64,000 nt of DNA. Origin: Thermoanaerobaculia bacterium. GTDB taxonomy: Bacteria > Acidobacteriota > Thermoanaerobaculia > Multivoradales > J023. The notes beneath the pieces were generated by a model, which searched no databases, was not told the origin of the DNA, and worked only from the letters and a program-made list of their open reading frames with translations. The stretch lies in contig JALCBJ010000021.1 of assembly GCA_028066595.1 (NCBI GenBank), positions 3,543 to 67,542 of the forward strand. Reading direction: 5' to 3'. Position 1 is the first letter of the stretch, and the number at the start of each line of letters is the position of its first letter. Of this stretch, positions 29,255 to 37,990 are shown in pieces. Made by a program: the position numbers and the translations under genes.

Positions 29255-30322
29255 CTCGCGGACCAGCTCCGTGATCTGGTCGATCTCCACCAGGAACCAG
29301 TCGTGGCCGATGTGATTTTCGATCGGGCGCCAATGGCTGCGCTTTCCGGCCGTGACCAGCGCATGGTGCAGCCACTCTTGCTCGTCGATGGGAATCAGCC
29401 GGTCTTCGTCGACACCGACGATCATGAACTCCGCCTCGACCGGCTCGAGCGCCGATTCGCGGCTGGGGAAGCCGCGCCAAACGTCGAACAGATCCATGGC
29501 GAGGGACAGCGTCAGGTAGGAATTCGCGTCGAAGTCGCCCAAGATCTTCTGGCCCTGATGCCGGAGATAGCTCTGCACGTCGAAAACTGTTCCGCCGCGG
29601 CTCGGCTCGGCGATGGGCTGCCAGCGAAACCGCTGGTTGAGCTCTTCACGAGATCGGTAGAACACCGTACCGATCTCACGGGCGAGCGCCAGACCGTCCG
29701 TCGGACCGTTCCCTTCGTAGTCACCTCCGCAATACTTCGGGTCGAGGAGGATGGCCTGACGACCCACGTGGCGGATGGCGGCGGTGTGAGGACGTGTGCG
29801 GTCCGTTCCCGAGGCGGTGAAGACCTTGCGCACCCGCTGCGGGTAGCGAACTCCGAGCTCCAGTGCTTGCATGGCACCGAGGGAACCACCGGCAACGCAG
29901 AACAGCCGTTCAATGCCGAGGTGATCCAACAGACGGATGTGGGCGTCGACCAGATCGCGCACACCGACGACAGGGAAGCGGCCGCGCCAGGCTTCTCCGG
30001 TCTCAGGGTTCACGGACCATGGGCCGGTGGTGCCGTACGAGCCACCCAGCAGCGACGCACAGACTACGAAATAGTCTTCGGTGTCGAAGGCAAGCCCGGA
30101 CCCGACCATGCCTTCCCACCAACCCGGCGACGGGTCGCCCTCGTGAGAATTCGCGTGACTATGTCCTGAAAACGCGGGGCAAAGGAGGATCGCGTTGTCC
30201 TTCTGGCGCGACAACTGGCCCCAAGTCTCATAGGCGATTTCCAGCTGCGGCAGCCGTCCGCCGAACTCCACTTCGAGGCCACTGTCGTCCTGAAATCTCT
30301 TCGCGCCGATCGGTGCGGTCAT
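29243..30322 (-). CDS. metX: Homoserine O-acetyltransferase
   Basis: Alpha/beta-hydrolase MetX pattern with nucleophile elbow GGSLGAMQALE and a conserved N-terminal G..L....IAYETWG. The 3' end overlaps the AraC gene 3' end by 12 nt. Confidence 0.88.
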   Translation of the reverse strand: MTAPIGAKRFQDDSGLEVEFGGRLPQLEIAYETWGQLSRQKDNAILLCPAFSGHSHANSHEGDPSPGWWEGMVGSGLAFDTEDYFVVCASLLGGSYGTTGPWSVNPETGEAWRGRFPVVGVRDLVDAHIRLLDHLGIERLFCVAGGSLGAMQALELGVRYPQRVRKVFTASGTDRTRPHTAAIRHVGRQAILLDPKYCGGDYEGNGPTDGLALAREIGTVFYRSREELNQRFRWQPIAEPSRGGTVFDVQSYLRHQGQKILGDFDANSYLTLSLAMDLFDVWRGFPSRESALEPVEAEFMIVGVDEDRLIPIDEQEWLHHALVTAGKRSHWRPIENHIGHDWFLVEIDQITELVRELLK

Positions 30323-30440
30323 GGGCCCCGAACTCTACAGCACCTCGGGATCTGACTTGCTAGAATCCGACCATGTTCCCGCAAATCCCTATGAGAGAAG
30401 GGGAAGCCGTCGAGGGCCCCTCCGGTCGATTGGAGGCACA

Positions 30441-31334
30441 ATGCGCCTGGTGACCCGTGGCGATCTGGACGGCCTCACCTGTGCGGTTCTCATCTGTTTG
30501 AACGAGAAGATCGATCGGATCATGCTGATCCATCCTCAAGACATCACAGACGATCGGGTGGTGATCGAGAAGGACGACATCATCGCCAACCTTCCGTACC
30601 ACCCGAATTGTGCGAAGTGGTTCGATCACCACCTGCACACGGCCACCGCCACCGCCCGCCCAGACCATTTCGAGGGTAGCTTCGGCCAGGCACCGTCGGC
30701 CGCGCGTCTGGTCTACGAGTACTACGGCGGCAAGGAAAAGATGGCTCCGTTCGACGAGTTGGTCTACGAGACCGACCGTCTCGATTCCGCCGATCTCGAC
30801 CCGATCGACGTACTCAATCCAGACGGCTACATCAAGATCGGCTTTACGATCGACGGGCGAACAGGTCTCGGTGCGTTCGAGACCTACTTCCACACCCTGA
30901 TGGGGCTCATGCTCCGCAAGACACCACTCGACGAGATCCTCGACCACCCCGAGGTCAAGCGTCGTTGCGAGGAGCTCGATGCCCAGAACCGGGCCTTCCG
31001 CGACGCCCTCAAGCAGTGCAGCCGAGTGGAAGACAACGTCGTCATCACCGACTTCCGGCCTCTCGGCGAAGTACCGGTCGGCAATCGGTTCTTGATCTAC
31101 GCCCTCTACGAAACGGTCAACGTCTCGGTCCGCCTGCAGTGGGGACCGCAGCGCAAGTTCCAGATGATGACCCTCGGTCACTCGATCTTCAAACGCACCT
31201 GCAACACCAACGTCGGCGAGCTGGCCGCACGCTACGGTGGCGGCGGGCACAAGGGTGCCGGATCCGTTCCGCTGATGGAGGATCCGGAGATGCAGATTCA
31301 GTTGATCATCGCCGAGCTCAAGCGAAACGGATAG
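30441..31334 (+). CDS. DHH-superfamily phosphoesterase-like protein (NrnB/COG2404-like, tentative)
   Basis: MRLVTRGDLDGLTCAVL...IHPQD...FDHH resembles the DHH N-terminal motifs. ATG 30441 is preceded by GGAGG. Confidence 0.5.
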   Translation: MRLVTRGDLDGLTCAVLICLNEKIDRIMLIHPQDITDDRVVIEKDDIIANLPYHPNCAKWFDHHLHTATATARPDHFEGSFGQAPSAARLVYEYYGGKEKMAPFDELVYETDRLDSADLDPIDVLNPDGYIKIGFTIDGRTGLGAFETYFHTLMGLMLRKTPLDEILDHPEVKRRCEELDAQNRAFRDALKQCSRVEDNVVITDFRPLGEVPVGNRFLIYALYETVNVSVRLQWGPQRKFQMMTLGHSIFKRTCNTNVGELAARYGGGGHKGAGSVPLMEDPEMQIQLIIAELKRNG

Positions 31335-31380
31335 CGAGTTCACCGATCGACGTCACTCAGCGCCCTAGCGCAAACCTGCG

Positions 31381-32680
31381 CTACACGACGTGCTCGAACC
31401 AAGAGCGGTCGTCGCGCACCACCAGCGCGATCGACTCGGGCGGACCCCAGGTGCCGGCTGAGTAGACCCGCGGACGATCTCCGCGCTCGGCCCAGCCTCC
31501 CGAGATCGGCTCGACCCACTTCCAGGCCGCTTCCACCTCGTCGCGGTGCATGAACAGTGTGGCGTCGCCCCGGATCACGTCCATCAGCAAGCGCTCGTAG
31601 GCCAGAGGCGGACGCCTGTCTTCATAGGTTTCGGCCAGATTCAAGTTGAGGTGGACCCGCTTCAGCTCCATTTTCGAGCCAGGGACCTTGATCATCAGGC
31701 CGAGCTTGATGCCCTCGTCGGGCTGCAGGCGAATCACCAGACGGTTCTCTTGCATCACCTCGGATTGGTCCTTGAACAGCAGGTGCGGAACTTTCTTGAA
31801 CTGCAGGATGATCTCCGACACCTTGTGACCCATGCGCTTGCCGGTCCGAAGATAGAACGGCACTCCGGCCCATCGCCAGTTGTCCACTTCTGCCTTGAGC
31901 GCGACGAAGGTCTCGGTGGTGGACTTCGGGTCGATGCCGCTCTCCTCGAGATACCCTTTCACCTCCCGAGGTCCTTGGGTTTTCGACGGGATGAGGCCCT
32001 GTCGATACTGGGCCCGTACGGTCTTGCGCGCGACGTCTTCGGCGTTCATGGGACGAAGCGCGCGCAGTACCTTGATCTTCTCCTCGCGGATCGAATCTTG
32101 GTCCAGCGTGCCCGGAGGCTCCATGGCGGTGAGACAGAGGAGCTGAAGCAGGTGATTTTGCACCATGTCGCGTAGCGCGCCGGTTGATCTCGCGGGCCGA
32201 TTCCAGATCGGAGCCGATGGGTTTCTCCAAGACGATGCGAGCAGCCGGAGTCACCAATCCGGCTTCGCTGAGGGACTGTGAGATGTCGCCGTAGAGGCTC
32301 GGAGGTGTCGCGAGATAGAAGAGGCGCACCCTTTCGGGGCTCTGCTTCGACAGGGCCTCCCGCAACTCACCGTAGGTCGTCGCGTCGGTAGCTTCGAGCA
32401 CCGTGATTCGGAAACGCTGAGCGAAGGCCTGCCAAGTGGCCTCGGGTACTTCTCGGCGCACGTGCTCTCGGACGGCTTGCTCCAGGTTGGCGACGAACGT
32501 ATCGGCGCCGGATTCCGATCGGCCGACGGCGAAGATCCGACCATCTTCCGGCAGGGCGCCGAAGCGATGGAGGTTATACAGGGCGGGTACCAGCTTGCGC
32601 CGAGCCAGGTCGCCCGTGGCACCGAGGATGATCATGTCGAACGGGCTAGGCATGTTTCGATCAGATCTGTCGTCAGGCAT
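31381..32680 (-). pseudogene. zwf: Glucose-6-phosphate 1-dehydrogenase, disrupted by internal deletion plus frameshift
   Basis: The N-terminal part (ILGATGDLARRKL ... VLEKPIGSDLESAREIN) lies in one frame and ends near 32183. The C-terminal part resumes in another frame at GALRDMVQNHLLQLL. About 70 aa that normally include RIDHYLGKE are absent. Confidence 0.8.
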
Positions 32681-33326
32681 CGCGTAACGCTCGCACCTTG
32701 TCTTGCGTTTTCTTGGCCGAAACGCGGACGGCGTCCCAGTCCTTCGCCTCGAGAGCTGCCTTCGGCACCATCCACGAGCCACCGACGCAGGGAACATTGG
32801 GTAGGGCCAGGAGCTCTTCGAAGGTATCGAAGGTCAACCCTCCGGTCGGACAGAACTTCACGCTCGGCAGTGGTCCTGCCAGAGCGCGGAGGTAGTCCGC
32901 GGCGCCGAGCGGTGCGGCGGGAAAGAGCTTGAGTAAGGGAAAGCCCGCCTCGGCTGCGGCCATCGCTTCGGACGGCGTGGCGACTCCGGGGATCAAGGGC
33001 AGCCCGAGCTCGCCGGAGGCCACCAACAAATCAGCCGTCGTACCTGGGCTGACGGCAAATGCCGCGCGAGCGCGGATCGCACGCTCCAAATCGGATCGTC
33101 GAGTGACGGTACCCACACCGACCGTGGCGCGATGAACAGCGCCGGCGATCATCCGGACGGCATCGAGCGCCGCTTCGGTGCGTAGGGTGACTTCCAGGTA
33201 CCGCATGCCTGCGGACACCAACGCTTGCGCCAGTGGCAGCGCATCATCCGGATCGTCGACGGTCAACACCGGGATCACCTGTTTGCGCGCCGTCAGCTTC
33301 CGGATCAGCCCTTGATTCGTAGCCAT
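32673..33326 (-). CDS. eda: KDPG / KHG aldolase
   Basis: Eda pattern: VIPVLTVDD, LEVTLRT, GVGTV and the KLFPA (Schiff-base Lys) context. The stop overlaps the candidate zwf start by 8 nt. Confidence 0.88.
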   Translation of the reverse strand: MATNQGLIRKLTARKQVIPVLTVDDPDDALPLAQALVSAGMRYLEVTLRTEAALDAVRMIAGAVHRATVGVGTVTRRSDLERAIRARAAFAVSPGTTADLLVASGELGLPLIPGVATPSEAMAAAEAGFPLLKLFPAAPLGAADYLRALAGPLPSVKFCPTGGLTFDTFEELLALPNVPCVGGSWMVPKAALEAKDWDAVRVSAKKTQDKVRALRDA

Positions 33327-33423
33327 GCTCTTACTTCGAGGTCCGTGGATCTTCTCGCCGCGGCTCGTTCACCGCGGAACCCGGGAGGCTTAGCTTACGA
33401 TCGACTGGCGCACCAATGTTTCA

Positions 33424-33458
33424 GGATCTGGGATCTGGGATCTGGGATCTGGGACTGG
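33424..33458. repeat. Heptamer tandem repeat (ggatctg) x4 plus one degenerate copy; each unit contains GATC
   Basis: Read directly at 33424-33451 (four perfect copies), followed by ggactgg. It sits in the divergent eda / edd intergenic region. Confidence 0.85.
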
Positions 33459-33525
33459 ATCGGATCCAACCGAAGCCAGCCCATCTCGGACCGCCTAGAT
33501 CGAGGAATCGGTACCATAGCCGACC

Positions 33526-35475
33526 ATGGCGGACTCTACACACGCGTCGGCCGACTCTTCGCCCGATCTTGATCCCACCGTCCACGCGATCACCGAACGG
33601 ATCCGCCGAAGATCCGAGCGATCTCGCACGGCCTACCTACGAAAGATCCGCAGCGCTGCGGACTCGGGTCCCCGCAGGAGTCAGCTCGCGTGCTCGAATC
33701 TGGCCCACGGTTTCGCGGGCTGCGTCGTCGAGGAGGATCGAGAGGCGCTCCGAGGCGAAGTCAGACCGAATATCGCGATCGTCTCGGCCTACAACGACAT
33801 GCTTTCGGCTCACCAGCCGTTCGAAACCTATCCTTCGATCCTGAAGGAGGCGGTTCGCGAGGCTGGAGGGGTCGCTCAGTTTGCCGGCGGGGTGCCCGCC
33901 ATGTGCGATGGGGTGACCCAGGGGGAGGCGGGTATGGAACTGTCACTCTTTTCGCGCGATGTCATCGCCCTCGCTACCGCGATCGGTCTTTCGCACAACA
34001 TGTTCGACGGTGCGCTGTGTCTGGGCGTCTGCGACAAGATCGTGCCGGGCCTGCTGATCGGCGCGCTGTCCTTCGGCCACCTGCCGTTCGTCTTCGTCCC
34101 TGCCGGCCCGATGACTTCGGGCCTGTCCAACACAGAGAAGGCGCGCGTCCGTCAGCTGTACGCCGAAGGCAAAGTAGGACGCGACGAGCTGTTGCAAGCA
34201 GAGTCACAGGCGTACCATTCTCCGGGGACTTGTACCTTCTACGGCACTGCCAACAGCAACCAGATGTTCATGGAGATCCTGGGGCTCCACGTGCCGGGAG
34301 GGTCCTTCGCCAATCCGGGAACAGCGCTCCGCCGAGAGCTGACGAGGGAAGCCGGGCGACGCGTGGTGGCGTTGACCCGCCAGGCCGGAACTTACCTGCC
34401 CCTGGGCGAGATGATCGACGAGCGAGCCCTGGTAAACGCGGTCGTCGGCCTGCTCGCCACCGGGGGCTCCACGAACCACACGATCCACCTCATCGCCATC
34501 GCCCGGGCAGCCGGCATCTCGATCGACTGGCAGGACTTCGAGGATCTGTCTTCAGCTGTGCCGCTACTCGCTCGCGTCTATCCCAACGGGACCGCAGATG
34601 TGAATCACTTCCATGACGCGGGGGGCACGGCCTTCCTGATCCGTGAGTTGACGGCCGCTGGTCTACTGCACTCGAACGTCGGTACGGTGGCCGACGGGCC
34701 CGGCCGGCAGCCAGGCCTGGGTTCCTATTGCAGGGAGGCGTTCCTAGACGACGACCGGCTCGCCTATCGCGACGTAGGGCCCAGCCGCGACCAACACATC
34801 CTGCGCCCGGCATCGAGCCCATTCCAGCCTCAAGGCGGCCTGCGACTGCTACGAGGAAACTTGGGGCGTTGCGTGGTCAAGACGTCGGCCGTGAAGCCGC
34901 AGAAGCGACGAGTCGAGGCACCGGCAGTGATCTTCGAGCATCAGGAAGACGTCGGTGCCGCGTTCGAGCGCGGCGAGCTCGACCGAGACTTTGTCGCCGT
35001 CGTCCGCTTCCAAGGCCCGCGAGCCAACGGCATGCCGGAGCTGCACAAGCTGATGCCACCCCTCGGGGTGCTCCAAGATCGCGGCTTTCGGGTCGCACTG
35101 GTCACCGACGGGAGGCTGTCCGGCGCTTCGGGAAAGGTACCCTCGGCCATCCACCTCACCCCAGAGGCCCTCGACGGACCGCTGGCCAAGGTGCAAGACG
35201 GTGACGTCATCCTCCTCGACCCCGACGCCGGGGTCCTCGAAGCTCAGGTGGATGAAGCGGTCTGGCGGACCCGAAGCCCGGCACGCCCCGAGTTGGAGCG
35301 ATATCAGCAGGGTATGGGGCGCGAGCTGTTCGGCGGTCTGCGGCGCCTGGCCGGTAGCGCAGAAGAAGGTGCGATGACGTTCGGCGATCTCTTCCAAGAC
35401 CCGGAAGCCGCCGTCGCCCCAGCACCCCACGGCCGCGACGAGCCAAGGGTCGCGGCAACGGCCTTGGAAGACTGA
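33526..35475 (+). CDS. edd: Phosphogluconate dehydratase
   Basis: IlvD/Edd family: [45 protein letters not shown]. The N-terminal region is Edd-type and the size is about 650 aa. Confidence 0.9.
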   Translation: MADSTHASADSSPDLDPTVHAITERIRRRSERSRTAYLRKIRSAADSGPRRSQLACSNLAHGFAGCVVEEDREALRGEVRPNIAIVSAYNDMLSAHQPFETYPSILKEAVREAGGVAQFAGGVPAMCDGVTQGEAGMELSLFSRDVIALATAIGLSHNMFDGALCLGVCDKIVPGLLIGALSFGHLPFVFVPAGPMTSGLSNTEKARVRQLYAEGKVGRDELLQAESQAYHSPGTCTFYGTANSNQMFMEILGLHVPGGSFANPGTALRRELTREAGRRVVALTRQAGTYLPLGEMIDERALVNAVVGLLATGGSTNHTIHLIAIARAAGISIDWQDFEDLSSAVPLLARVYPNGTADVNHFHDAGGTAFLIRELTAAGLLHSNVGTVADGPGRQPGLGSYCREAFLDDDRLAYRDVGPSRDQHILRPASSPFQPQGGLRLLRGNLGRCVVKTSAVKPQKRRVEAPAVIFEHQEDVGAAFERGELDRDFVAVVRFQGPRANGMPELHKLMPPLGVLQDRGFRVALVTDGRLSGASGKVPSAIHLTPEALDGPLAKVQDGDVILLDPDAGVLEAQVDEAVWRTRSPARPELERYQQGMGRELFGGLRRLAGSAEEGAMTFGDLFQDPEAAVAPAPHGRDEPRVAATALED

Positions 35476-35502
35476 CCCAGCTGGGAGCGGTGCGCTGCCG
35501 GG

Positions 35503-36642
35503 TTACCCGGTCGTCTCGCTCATGTAGCTGGCGACTTGACGCAACAGGTGGTCGACCTCGTCTTCGGTGTTGGTCATGCCGAAGCTGATTCGTAGCGAGG
35601 CCAACGCCTCGGGCTCGTCGATGCCCATCTGGCGCAACACACGGCTGGCCTGCGGCTTGCCCGAGTGACAGGCGGACCCTGTCGACACGGCACAGCCGCG
35701 GGAGTCGAGCCAGAGCATGGCCTCGTGACCGGAGCGGCCATGGAGGGCGATGTGGCTGGTGTTCGGCAGACGCGGCGATCCCTGACAATGGACACCGACG
35801 CCTTCGATCCACTTCAGGCCCTTTTCGAACCTGTCCCGCAGCTTTCTCAGGTAGTTGTAACGCTCGTCGATGTCGTCACGGGCAATGGCCGAAGCTGCAC
35901 CGAGACCTACGATGGCAGGGACGTTCTCGGTCGAGGCGCGCAGCCCATGTTCCTGAGGAGCGCCGTAGATCAGCGGCTGGACGAACGCCTTGGGGCGGAT
36001 CCAAAGCGCTCCGATGCCGAGAGGAGCATGAAACTTGTGGCCGCAGAGGACCAGATAGTCGACGCCCAAGCTCTTCACGTCCACCTCCAGCTTGCCCACG
36101 GCTTGCACCGCGTCGCACAACACCGGGATCTTGCGCTTCCGGCAGATAGCAACGATCTCAGTCAACGGCTGAAGAGTGCCCAATTCGTTGTTGGCGAGCA
36201 TCAAACAAACGAGACGTGTGTCCTCGCGCAGCGCCATCTCCACGTCCGCAGGATCGATGCGACCGTCAGTTTCCGGCGGAATCTCCGTCACGTCCATGCC
36301 GCGCTGACCTGCCGCGGCAGCCGCACCCACGACGGACGGGTGTTCCAGGGAGCCATGGATCAGATGACCCTGGTAGTCACATTGCTCCGCCAGCCCACGG
36401 ATGATCATGTTGTTCGCTTCGGAGCCCGAAGAGACGAAGATGATGTCCTTGGGCTTTGCGTTGAGCATCCCAGCCACCTGACCCCGGGCCGTCTCTACGG
36501 CGTTTCTCGCCACCCGCCCGGTGCCGTGAGCCGACGACGGGTTGCCGTGTTGCCCGCCCAACCACGGGAGCATCGCGTCCCGAACCCGCGGATCGAGCGG
36601 AGTGGTGGCGTTGTGGTCGAAATAGGCGGCAAGGTCGGCCAT
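35503..36642 (-). CDS. Cysteine desulfurase (NifS/IscS class-V aminotransferase)
   Basis: YFDHNATTPLDP, SSGSEANN, CGHKFHAPLGIGALW (PLP Lys) and GSACHSG (catalytic Cys). ATG 36642 is preferred because the upstream ORF extension is not protein-like. Confidence 0.88.
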   Translation of the reverse strand: MADLAAYFDHNATTPLDPRVRDAMLPWLGGQHGNPSSAHGTGRVARNAVETARGQVAGMLNAKPKDIIFVSSGSEANNMIIRGLAEQCDYQGHLIHGSLEHPSVVGAAAAAGQRGMDVTEIPPETDGRIDPADVEMALREDTRLVCLMLANNELGTLQPLTEIVAICRKRKIPVLCDAVQAVGKLEVDVKSLGVDYLVLCGHKFHAPLGIGALWIRPKAFVQPLIYGAPQEHGLRASTENVPAIVGLGAASAIARDDIDERYNYLRKLRDRFEKGLKWIEGVGVHCQGSPRLPNTSHIALHGRSGHEAMLWLDSRGCAVSTGSACHSGKPQASRVLRQMGIDEPEALASLRISFGMTNTEDEVDHLLRQVASYMSETTG

Positions 36643-36826
36643 GGGGATCTCCGCGGTCTCGAACGGCAAGATAAAGAAGGTCGCCCACGAATTCTGACAC
36701 GACGCCGCAGGTCCTATGGGAATCTCGGCCGAAATGGCCAGCGAATCCCGCAGAGTAACCGGGCCGGTTCGCCGCCGCGGATCCCTGCCTTGGTAGACTG
36801 AATTCAGAATTTCGCAAGGAGATGCC

Positions 36827-37903
36827 ATGTACCGAGCCCCGCGAGCCTCCCGCTCCAGACTCCTCCCTTTCGCCCTGTGCCTTCTCGCCTCTCTACTCGT
36901 CGTCGGTGACGCGCTGGCACAGTCCTGGGCCGGCAAGGGCCGCCTCCGCGGCTCCGTAAAGACTGAAGACGGCAAACCCATCGAAGGCGCCGAAATCCTC
37001 CTCTACAAGGACTCCGAAGGCAACGGTCCCGAACCGCTCTACACCAACAGGAAGGGTCGCTGGGAGTACCTCGGACTGACTGGCGGGGACTTTACGATCC
37101 GCGTCACGGCGGAGGGCTACATCCCGAGCGAGGGCTTGGTGACGGTGAACGAGTACGGCTCGAACCGTACGCCCCCGATCGACATGAACCTGCGCTCCCT
37201 CAAAGACATCCAGGACAAGGAAGCGTCGCGAGTCGGCGGTCTTCTCGACCAGGCCAACGCCAAGATGCGGGCTGGCGATTGGTCCGGTGCCCGGGCCGGC
37301 TACGAGGAAGTAAAGGCTGCGATGAACGATCCGGCACAGGTCCGACAGGTGGATCTAGCGATTGCCGAAACCCATCTTCAAGAGGGCAACACGCAGGAGG
37401 CTCGGACACGATTCCAGGCCCTGGCCGACGGCGAGGAGGATCCGGTACGAAAAGCAGCTCTTCTCCAGCGGGTGGCCCGGAGCCAATATGACGAAGGCAA
37501 TGTCGATGCCTCCCTCGAAACCCTGGAAAGCGCGTTGGTTCTCGTACCTGAAGACGTCGCCACCCTACGTATGGCCATCGACATTCTGGTCAGCGAAGGC
37601 CGGGAAGCCGACGCGGAGCCGTACATGAACCGGCTGCCTGCCGGCGAGAAGGTCGACGCCAACGCGCTACTCAATGTCGGCATCGCCGCCTACAACGAGG
37701 GCAATATCGAAACTGCCCTCGAGAAGTTCGAGAGAGTGCTCGGGGACTACCCGGACAACCCGAACGCCCACTACTACGTGGGCCTCTGCTACCTCAGCCA
37801 GGGCACCAATGACAAGGCCAGAGCCCACCTGGAGAAACTGTTGGAGCTAGCTCCCGACCACGAGAAGGCGACGGAAGCAAAGGAGTTCTTGACCTACCTC
37901 TAG
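36827..37903 (+). CDS. Secreted TPR protein with N-terminal carboxypeptidase-regulatory-like beta-sandwich
   Basis: Signal peptide LLPFALCLLASLLVVGDALA, then GRLRGSVKTEDGKPIEGAEILL (CarboxypepD_reg-like), then TPR repeats to the C-terminus. Confidence 0.7.
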   Translation: MYRAPRASRSRLLPFALCLLASLLVVGDALAQSWAGKGRLRGSVKTEDGKPIEGAEILLYKDSEGNGPEPLYTNRKGRWEYLGLTGGDFTIRVTAEGYIPSEGLVTVNEYGSNRTPPIDMNLRSLKDIQDKEASRVGGLLDQANAKMRAGDWSGARAGYEEVKAAMNDPAQVRQVDLAIAETHLQEGNTQEARTRFQALADGEEDPVRKAALLQRVARSQYDEGNVDASLETLESALVLVPEDVATLRMAIDILVSEGREADAEPYMNRLPAGEKVDANALLNVGIAAYNEGNIETALEKFERVLGDYPDNPNAHYYVGLCYLSQGTNDKARAHLEKLLELAPDHEKATEAKEFLTYL

Positions 37904-37990
37904 TCAACGCTGCACTAGGCGCCGACGGGAGAGGAGCTTCTCCCTCTCGTCGCGTTCCACAGTGCACTCTTTCGAGAGGCTTCCTGCGGG

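Noticed and set aside
33424-33458. Possible CRISPR or minisatellite
   Set aside because: The units are 7 bp with no spacers (and 15 bp at 23701-23740), so neither is CRISPR-like. No cas genes are in the window. They are reported only as simple tandem repeats.
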